From: Candidatus Micrarchaeota archaeon
GTDB lineage: Archaea; Micrarchaeota; Micrarchaeia; Anstonellales; Bilamarchaeaceae
DNA length: 13,928 nucleotides
Assembly (NCBI GenBank): GCA_043816005.1
Contig: JBDRIM010000065.1
Coordinates: 1-13,928 of the forward strand
Direction of reading: 5' to 3'
Position 1 is the stretch's first letter, and every line of letters begins with the position of its first letter. A program made the position numbers and the translations under genes. The notes beneath the pieces are model-generated. The model ran no database searches. It was not told the origin of the DNA and worked only from the letters and a program-made list of their open reading frames with translations. Positions 7,631-13,928 of the stretch are shown piece after piece.

Positions 7631-7653
7631 ATAGTTTCATTCAATATAAAAAT

Positions 7654-8553
7654 ATGGATCAAGTCCTTCTTTTTGCCCGAGAATTAGCAAGAACAGAACA
7701 AAGATTCCGATATATCAAACCAGAGCGCAAAAGACAAACTTATTCCCCTCATCTTGATGATAGATTAAGAAGAACAGTAAAAGCATATGGGGGATTGTTA
7801 TCAAAAGCAGAACGAGAATTGCTTGTTATGCAAATCGAATGTTCAAAACGAGAAATCAAATCTTTTGTAAAAAATGCGTTCGAAGATGATGGAAGATTAA
7901 AATCAAGGGATTTCAACCTTAGATTTTATCCTGTTGCCTTAGTTGCTGAATTCAAAAATGGTTATAGTGCAAGAGATTTTTTGGGGGAAGACTCTTATGG
8001 TATGGCAAGAATCATTGATGATCCGTATCTTATAGCTGTAGTATTCATTGGTATGCGAAGGAATATTCTTTATCATGAGTATGCACATGTATTCAACAGC
8101 TATCGTTTGGCTTTTTTTGGTGAGATTTCAGATAGCATGGATGAACTCTCTGCATATGTCCTATCCTCCCCTTCAGCTAGATTAAGGTTATTTGATCAAA
8201 CAAGACTTGTTGAATTAGTTCATACTAAAGGTTTAGAAAAACTAGAACATATTTTTTCTATTAATGCTGGTCCGGCAATGATAGGTGAAACGTTATCCGC
8301 AGATTTAATCCGAAAAATCCGTTCAATGCTTGGACCAGTTCTAGATGAAGATGCAATTGCTGTAAGTCGTTTACTTGATTCATCTCAACCAGATGAGAAG
8401 GCAGTATTCAAACTACTCATCAGCCAGCATCCATTTATGCATCTTGATGGCAGAAGAGAACTAATTTTTCTTACATCATCGGTTATATCAGTTACTAATG
8501 GAGATTTTGATTATTCGTATTATCAACTACGGGAATGTCTATCTATACAATAG
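7654..8553 (+). CDS. Hypothetical protein with HExxH motif (possible zincin-like metalloprotein)
   Basis: LYHEYAHVF is followed by DELSAY, a candidate third ligand. ATG 7654 was chosen from the TATA spacing. Confidence 0.65.
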   Translation: MDQVLLFARELARTEQRFRYIKPERKRQTYSPHLDDRLRRTVKAYGGLLSKAERELLVMQIECSKREIKSFVKNAFEDDGRLKSRDFNLRFYPVALVAEFKNGYSARDFLGEDSYGMARIIDDPYLIAVVFIGMRRNILYHEYAHVFNSYRLAFFGEISDSMDELSAYVLSSPSARLRLFDQTRLVELVHTKGLEKLEHIFSINAGPAMIGETLSADLIRKIRSMLGPVLDEDAIAVSRLLDSSQPDEKAVFKLLISQHPFMHLDGRRELIFLTSSVISVTNGDFDYSYYQLRECLSIQ

Positions 8554-8557
8554 TCTT

Positions 8558-8574
8558 ATTACGAAAATCGTAAT
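8558..8574. promoter_or_regulatory. Lrp-type operator box upstream of the Lrp gene (putative autoregulation)
   Basis: ATTACG-AAAAT-CGTAAT lies directly upstream of a TATA-like TTTTTATT (8576-8583). Its 11-bp core is identical to the 7598 box. Confidence 0.72.
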
Positions 8575-8604
8575 GTTTTTATTGTTTAACTATGAAAATT
8601 TTCT

Positions 8605-9012
8605 ATGAAACGGGATGGCATTGACGATAAGATTTTGGGCATATTAAAATCTAATTCCAAATCAACCAATGTTGAAATTGCAAAAGCAGTTGGTTTAACA
8701 GAAGGTGCAGTAAGGAATCGTATTGATCATCTTATTAAGAATAAAATTATTTCAAGATTTACAATTGAAACTTCCGGCGCAAGTTATTTTGGTATTGTTA
8801 TGGTAAAAGCAAAACAGGAAACAAAAAAAATGATGGCTGAAATCCAAGAGGCCAAAATTGCAAAAGAAGCATATGAGATTTCCGGAGACTATGATGGTTG
8901 TATTATCTTAGAAGGAGTAAGCCTTGAAGAAATTGATGGAAAAATAGACGAATTAAGGAAATTAGATGATGTTCAGGATACTAAGACATTCATATCTTTC
9001 AAAAAATGGTAA
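8605..9012 (+). CDS. Lrp/AsnC-family regulator (LysM/Ptr2-like)
   Basis: HTH IDDKILGILKSNSK..EIAKAVGLTEGAVRNRIDHL..IISRFTI and RAM domain YEISGDYD..IDELRKLDDVQDTKTFI. Confidence 0.92.
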   Translation: MKRDGIDDKILGILKSNSKSTNVEIAKAVGLTEGAVRNRIDHLIKNKIISRFTIETSGASYFGIVMVKAKQETKKMMAEIQEAKIAKEAYEISGDYDGCIILEGVSLEEIDGKIDELRKLDDVQDTKTFISFKKW

Positions 9013-9058
9013 TTTGAAAGATGGTCAAGTTTTTAATTCTTAATAGGCATATTACCAC

Positions 9059-9865
9059 ATGCTAAACCGTTCAATCTTTGTTTTGGTATTCCTGTTTTCT
9101 TTATCTTTTGCAATTAATATCGTCTCCCCGGGGGCACATACTATTCAAGATGGTGATATTATTGATCTTGGAACTATTGGTCCAGGCCAAACCGTTTCCA
9201 TTTTAATTGATCCTAAAGTTTCAGTTGGAGGGATCCACGGAATCGGCGGTCTTTATGATATGGCAGTTGCAGAAGATTTGCCAAGAGGATGGGAGAGCAC
9301 AGAGAGTAAACTTTACCAAAATCCACTTCAAGTGACTATCACTGCGGATCCTGATACTCCAGAAGGAGATTATGTTGCTAAAATTGTAGTGATAGATGAG
9401 AATAATGGAGAGCAGCTTGGAAACATAACGTTTTATGTAAAAGTAAAAATCACCTGGGATATAATTGATTTCGAGGTTACACCATCCTATCTTACTGTTG
9501 GTCCTGGTCAGCCAGCAAGATACCAAATAACTCTTACAAATAAAGGTTCTACAAGTGATGTGTTTGAAATAAGTGCAACAGGATCAAAAAGATGGGAATT
9601 CAAAAAAGCAATTTTTGTTCCAGCACAAACAACAAAAACAATTCCATATGAAATTGTTGGAAACGAAGAAGAAACCAACCAGTTTACCTTAAATGTCGTG
9701 TCTCTTGCAAGCAGTAATATTGCCGATCAGGAAAACGTTACTATGTTTGTTCGTTCCAATCTATTCGGTGATTATAAAGCAACAAACAATGGGGTAATTG
9801 TGTTTCCAATATTTGAATCACTTACTTATTCTCTGGCAGGTTTTCTATCTAACTTTTTAGGTTAA
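9059..9865 (+). CDS. Exported or membrane-anchored protein with beta-sandwich (Ig-like, COG1470-like) domains
   Basis: N-terminal signal peptide (RSIFVLVFLFSLSFA), LPRGW, PDTPEGDY, VGPGQPARYQITLTNKGSTSDVFEIS and a hydrophobic C-terminus. Confidence 0.7.
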   Translation: MLNRSIFVLVFLFSLSFAINIVSPGAHTIQDGDIIDLGTIGPGQTVSILIDPKVSVGGIHGIGGLYDMAVAEDLPRGWESTESKLYQNPLQVTITADPDTPEGDYVAKIVVIDENNGEQLGNITFYVKVKITWDIIDFEVTPSYLTVGPGQPARYQITLTNKGSTSDVFEISATGSKRWEFKKAIFVPAQTTKTIPYEIVGNEEETNQFTLNVVSLASSNIADQENVTMFVRSNLFGDYKATNNGVIVFPIFESLTYSLAGFLSNFLG

Positions 9866-9873
9866 TTTATTAA
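9866..9873 (+). promoter_or_regulatory. TATA box for elp3
   Basis: TTTATTAA lies 24 nt before ATG 9898. Confidence 0.55.
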
Positions 9874-9897
9874 AACAAATCAATCATTCTTTCTTTA

Positions 9898-11424
9898 ATG
9901 TCTAGGGATGGTGCAGTTGATTACATTGTAGCAAAATTACTGGAAGGTGAGCGTAAGCTGGAAAAATTGAAACGAAAAGCATCCCGCCTTTTTTCCTGTC
10001 AATCACTAATAACAACGCCTGAGATTTTTGCTAGATTTCCAAAAAACAAGTTGACAAAAGAATTTAAGGAACTTCTTCTGAAAAAACCAACCCGTACACT
10101 TTCTGGTGTTACTCCAATCGCAGTCATGATAAAACCCAAAGGATCATGTAAGCATGGTTGCGTTTACTGTCCATTGCCAGATCTGGCTGCAAAAAGTTAT
10201 ACTGGTTTTGAACCTGCTGCTATGCGTGCAAGACAATATAATTTTGATCCTTATCTTCAGGTTTTAAGTAGAACAGAACAATTTGAGGGTGGTGGGCATG
10301 CTACGGATAAATGCGAAGTAATTGTTATGGGTGGAACATTTTTGCAAATGGATAACAATTACAAAAAAAATTTCATTAAAGGAATTTATGATGGTCTTAA
10401 TGGTTTCAAATCAAAGTCACTTGAGAATGCAATAAAATTTAATGAAACTGCAAAAACTCACCGTGCCATCGGACTTACAATTGAAACACGTCCAGATGTT
10501 TGCGTTCCATATATTGATGAAATGCTCTCATATGGTGCTACACGAGTTGAATTAGGAGTCCAGCATCCTAATGATAAAATCTACAAACTAATAAACCGAG
10601 GGCATGATGTAAAAAACGTACTAGACTCAACAAAAAAGCTGAAAAATTCGGCATTCAAGGTTCTTTATCATATTATGCCTGGTCTTCCTGGTTCAAACAA
10701 AAAGAAAGACATCTCATTTGTGAAAAATTTGTTTACAGATGAGAGGTTCAAACCAGACATGCTGAAAATATATCCGACGTTAGTGATTGAGGGGACTGTT
10801 CTTGAACAATGGACAAAAAAAGGTAAATATCAACCATATACCACTGAGGAAGCAGCAGATATAATCTCTGAATTCTATCGTTATATTCCGAAATACGTGC
10901 GGGTTATGCGTATACAAAGAGACATCCCATCTCAGAAAATCCAAGCCGGAGTGAAAAAAAGCAATTTACGTGAACTTGTAGAGGAAAAAATCAGAGAGAA
11001 AAAAATCCTCCCACAAGAAATTCGCTATCGTGAAGTTGGTCTTCAAAGGAGAAAAATTGATCTTTCTGAATTTAACATCAATATTTTAGAGTACAAGGCG
11101 AGTGGTGGGACAGAATTTTTTATTTCCTATGAAAATAGCGAAAAAATAATCGCTGGTTTTATTCGTATGCGTTTCGCATCAACAGATCAAAAAACCGCGT
11201 TGATCCGCGAACTTCATGTTTATGGTACTGAAGTTCCTATGGCTAGTGTTGATGAGAAAGTCCAGCACCATGGTTTTGGCATTGGTCTTTTACAAGAAGC
11301 AGAAAAAATTGCAAAGAAAAATGGGAAGGATAAAATACTAATTCTTAGTGGGGTTGGAGTTAGAGAATATTATCGAAAACATGGATATTCTTTAGTTAAA
11401 TCTTACATGGAAAAAAAACTTTAA
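9898..11424 (+). CDS. elp3: Elp3 tRNA uridine(34) carboxymethyltransferase (radical SAM + KAT)
   Basis: Has KPTRTLSGV, CKHGCVYCP, KSYTGFEPA, MGGTF, TIETRPD, RVELGVQ, KIYPTLV, RIQRDIP, IRELHVYG, QHHGFG and GVREYYRKHGY. Confidence 0.97.
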   Translation: MSRDGAVDYIVAKLLEGERKLEKLKRKASRLFSCQSLITTPEIFARFPKNKLTKEFKELLLKKPTRTLSGVTPIAVMIKPKGSCKHGCVYCPLPDLAAKSYTGFEPAAMRARQYNFDPYLQVLSRTEQFEGGGHATDKCEVIVMGGTFLQMDNNYKKNFIKGIYDGLNGFKSKSLENAIKFNETAKTHRAIGLTIETRPDVCVPYIDEMLSYGATRVELGVQHPNDKIYKLINRGHDVKNVLDSTKKLKNSAFKVLYHIMPGLPGSNKKKDISFVKNLFTDERFKPDMLKIYPTLVIEGTVLEQWTKKGKYQPYTTEEAADIISEFYRYIPKYVRVMRIQRDIPSQKIQAGVKKSNLRELVEEKIREKKILPQEIRYREVGLQRRKIDLSEFNINILEYKASGGTEFFISYENSEKIIAGFIRMRFASTDQKTALIRELHVYGTEVPMASVDEKVQHHGFGIGLLQEAEKIAKKNGKDKILILSGVGVREYYRKHGYSLVKSYMEKKL

Positions 11425-11440
11425 ATTAACCAAGCAGAAA

Positions 11441-12337
11441 TTAATGGCTGTGCCCTTTTTTATGTTCTAATAGATGGCACATTTTTTCACTTCTACAGGA
11501 GCAACCATACGGTTCAAACTGAATCGTAACATGCGTTATTTCATATTTATCATGAAGTTTTTTCTCAATTTCAAGCTGCATCTTTCTTAATTTAACCAAA
11601 TTTTGTTCGGTTACTTCAATGTGCATCATTGCAAATACAAATTCTGAACATGTTCTCCAAACATGAATGTCATGAACTCCTTTCACTTTATCAACAGTCA
11701 TAACTGTTTTTTCAATTTTTTCAACTGAAACACCATAGGGTGCGGATTCAAGAAGTATTGAAAGAGAACTTCTCAATATCCTATACGCACCAAATAATAT
11801 CAAAACCGAGATTATGAGGCTGATAATTATGTCTATTACATACTGTCCGGTAAAAAGTATCAGAATTGCGCCAATCATTACTCCAATTGATGATAATGCA
11901 TCACCAGCTGCATGCAAAAATGCACTTCTAACATTTAGATTTTCATCATGCTGAAGCTGATAAACAACATAAAGATTGCCTAAAAGGCCGATAAAAGAGG
12001 TAAAAAGCATCGGAACGCTGTTTATTTCATAAATAGTACCGAATCTTGTAAATGCTTCATATGCTATTACTATTGCCATAACCACTAATAGTGCACCATT
12101 AAACAGTGCAGCGAAAACTTCTGCTCTATGAAATCCAAAAGTTCTACGTGAAGTTGGCAATTTAAGTGCAAGTTTTATGGCAAGAAGTGAAGCACCTATT
12201 GCTATTATATCTGAGAAAACATGTGCACTATCTCCCAAAAGTGCAAGACTGTTAGAATAATACCATCCAAAAAGCTGGACTATAAGCACAATACAACTTA
12301 CTAAAAAGACCTTTCCAAGGCCTCGATCTTCATTCAT
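11441..12337 (-). CDS. Cation diffusion facilitator (CzcD/ZitB-like) transporter
   Basis: Has SLALLGDSAHVFSD, TFGFHRAEV, NVRSAFLHAAGD, VHDIHVW and HVTIQFE. The HD-HD site is typical of Zn/Cd CDFs. Cys/His-rich tail. Confidence 0.95.
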   Translation of the reverse strand: MNEDRGLGKVFLVSCIVLIVQLFGWYYSNSLALLGDSAHVFSDIIAIGASLLAIKLALKLPTSRRTFGFHRAEVFAALFNGALLVVMAIVIAYEAFTRFGTIYEINSVPMLFTSFIGLLGNLYVVYQLQHDENLNVRSAFLHAAGDALSSIGVMIGAILILFTGQYVIDIIISLIISVLILFGAYRILRSSLSILLESAPYGVSVEKIEKTVMTVDKVKGVHDIHVWRTCSEFVFAMMHIEVTEQNLVKLRKMQLEIEKKLHDKYEITHVTIQFEPYGCSCRSEKMCHLLEHKKGHSH

Positions 12338-13285
12338 TCACAATACCTTGGCATATCTCTCAGCCAACTTTATATACTTTACAATTCTCTCTTCGCTTGA
12401 TTTATTCTTGTGCTGCAACCATTCTATCGTGGCGATCTTTGCACGGACATTCGCGCGATAACATTTATACAAATTAAGTAGTTGCTCATTATCTCCAGTT
12501 TTTTCAATATAAGTTTTAACAAAAATTTCGCTTAATTCTGGTTTACCAAAAGCGTCCAAATCCATTGCCATAAATGCAATATCACTTGCAATATCTATAC
12601 ACCTAAAATCCTTATTGAATTCAATACAATCTATTATTTTGATACCATCGTCGAAGAAGACATTGCCGGAATGTACGTCTCCATGACAATCCTTTACTTT
12701 TCCAGATCGTTTTCTTTCCTCAATTATTTTTTTATTGCCCTCTATAAAACTTATTGATTTAAACAGAATAAAATCAACTTCTTTTCCAAGTCCGCAAGCT
12801 TTCTGTATTCCATCTCTAAAGTTGCGTAAATCAGTTATCTGGCTTTTTATAATTTCAGGTGAGCCATAATGCCCATAAACAGTTTCGCATTTATCGTGGA
12901 AATCAGCTAGAACATTTGCTATGCACTTTACGTCGCTTTCTTCAACTTGATTTTCCTCTATCAACCGATCCATTCTTGTTTGTTGATTAAGTGCTTTCAT
13001 TTTTACTGCATAATCAACTACTTTTCCTTTTCCATCTATTTCCAATCTACCATCAATTTCAGTTATAGCTACTATGTCAAGATATACCTCTGGTGCCAGT
13101 CTTCTATTAAGTCTGATTTCTTCCTCACAGAAAAATTTCCTTTTTTCAACTGTTGAAAAATCAAGAAAAGAAAATGATACTGGTTTTTTTATTTTATATG
13201 CTTCTCTACCAATGACTATCCATGATATGTGAGTCTCAACAATTTTAGATTTTTTGTCTATTTTTAATTTTTCAATAATATTCAT
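12338..13285 (-). CDS. Aminoglycoside-phosphotransferase/kinase-like protein (COG2187, Rv2004c N-domain-like)
   Basis: Has ETHISW, AYKIKKPV, FLDFST, EIRLNRRLAP, DCHGDVHSGN, IDCIEFN and DIAFMAMDL. Confidence 0.9.
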   Translation of the reverse strand: MNIIEKLKIDKKSKIVETHISWIVIGREAYKIKKPVSFSFLDFSTVEKRKFFCEEEIRLNRRLAPEVYLDIVAITEIDGRLEIDGKGKVVDYAVKMKALNQQTRMDRLIEENQVEESDVKCIANVLADFHDKCETVYGHYGSPEIIKSQITDLRNFRDGIQKACGLGKEVDFILFKSISFIEGNKKIIEERKRSGKVKDCHGDVHSGNVFFDDGIKIIDCIEFNKDFRCIDIASDIAFMAMDLDAFGKPELSEIFVKTYIEKTGDNEQLLNLYKCYRANVRAKIATIEWLQHKNKSSEERIVKYIKLAERYAKVL

Positions 13286-13289
13286 ATCA

Positions 13290-13775
13290 TCAACCTACAA
13301 ATTCCACTATTTTTTTCAAAAGATCACGTTTGTTCCAGACATTAACTTCAAGGTATTTTTGGGTTATTGGTTCGAATTCTTTCTTTAATTTTAAATACAC
13401 TTCGAAAGTTGCATCACTTGGTCCTTTTTTTCTTTTTTCTATCCTTTTTTTAACCTCATTTTCATCGAGACTGCAAAATATTATGAATGTTTTTTTGTCT
13501 AAATCTTTGGCAATTGTTAGAAAAGTCCCACGTTGCTCTGCCTTATAAAAAGTAGCATCAACGACAACTTTGTTCCCTTCTAAAAGTATCTGTTCGGTTT
13601 GGCCAGCCATCTCACTATAAACTTTTTCTTTTTCGTCGTCGCTGTATTTTGGTTTTAAAAATATTTCTTTTCTGATAATATCACTGCTCAAATAAACTGC
13701 GGAATAATGTTTTGAAATAAGTTTGGCAAGAGTGGATTTACCACTTCCAGGAAGACCACAAACGATTATAAGCAT
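13290..13775 (-). CDS. P-loop kinase (AAA_33/COG0645 family)
   Basis: Has Walker A GLPGSGKST, SSDIIRKE, VVVDATF and SDAT. Confidence 0.9.
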   Translation of the reverse strand: MLIIVCGLPGSGKSTLAKLISKHYSAVYLSSDIIRKEIFLKPKYSDDEKEKVYSEMAGQTEQILLEGNKVVVDATFYKAEQRGTFLTIAKDLDKKTFIIFCSLDENEVKKRIEKRKKGPSDATFEVYLKLKKEFEPITQKYLEVNVWNKRDLLKKIVEFVG

Positions 13776-13840
13776 GTCTCATAATAGCTCTAATAAATTT
13801 ATTAATCGACTTTTATTTCTATTAAAGGAGATTTAAAAAG

Positions 13841-13928
13841 GACCTCTCCCTCCCCGATAGCTTCCTCCGGGCGGTTGAAGGGCTGGAGGTGGAAGGGGCC
13901 TTCATGGAGATGGAGGCCGCGCCACTGC
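13841..13928 (+). other. GC-rich terminal segment, probably a foreign protein-coding fragment
   Basis: Abrupt rise in GC. The frame from 13841 reads DLSLPDSFLRAVEGLEVEGAFMEMEAAPL with 24 of 29 codons ending in G/C. There is no start codon between the in-frame TAA at 13823 and 13841. Confidence 0.5.

Noticed and set aside
7597..7653. TTG start at 7597 (or ATG 7615) for the HExxH gene
   Set aside because: This stretch holds an operator box and the TATA box; ATG 7654 fits the promoter spacing.
1144..13548. Short antisense ORFs (1144-1353, 2999-3256, 3753-3962, 4030-4281, 5641-5835, 6163-6363, 6315-6533, 7113-7346, 9221-9526, 12947-13156, 13330-13548)
   Set aside because: All lie opposite longer, better-supported genes and show no recognisable motifs.
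13841..13928. SRP RNA, RNase P RNA or tRNA
   Set aside because: No helix 8 motif, Alu domain, RNase P conserved regions or cloverleaf is visible, and the codon-position GC bias favours coding DNA. Kept only as an alternative.
1..13928. Mobile element or provirus
   Set aside because: No integrase, transposase, viral structural gene, tRNA attachment site or terminal repeat was seen.

Overview
AT-rich archaeal window, most likely from a DPANN-type genome (possibly Micrarchaeota; inferred from archaeal Elp3, Lrp/AsnC regulators including a tandem double-Lrp, TATA boxes 23-26 nt upstream of leaderless ATGs, and GGTG/GAGG ribosome-binding sites). Left to right: an SDR fragment joined abruptly to the 3' part of purH; an orphan gene; a coupled pair of an unknown 215-aa protein and an atypical PLP serine/threonine-dehydratase-family enzyme, divergent from a double-Lrp regulator; an AbrB-VapC toxin-antitoxin pair plus a zinc-ribbon gene; a coupled pair of an AblB/YodP-like GNAT acetyltransferase and an M20 deacylase; an HExxH protein; a LysM/Ptr2-like Lrp regulator; a surface protein; elp3; and a reverse-strand operon of a P-loop kinase, a COG2187 kinase-like protein and a CDF transporter. 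The best candidates for something new are two regulator-linked amino-acid-modifying modules. One carries clearly visible Lrp-type operator palindromes (T[T/G]ACG-N5-CGT[A/C]A) at its promoter and upstream of the regulator. Both ends of the window look like chimeric joins to foreign DNA. All calls come from motif recognition by eye; no searches were run.
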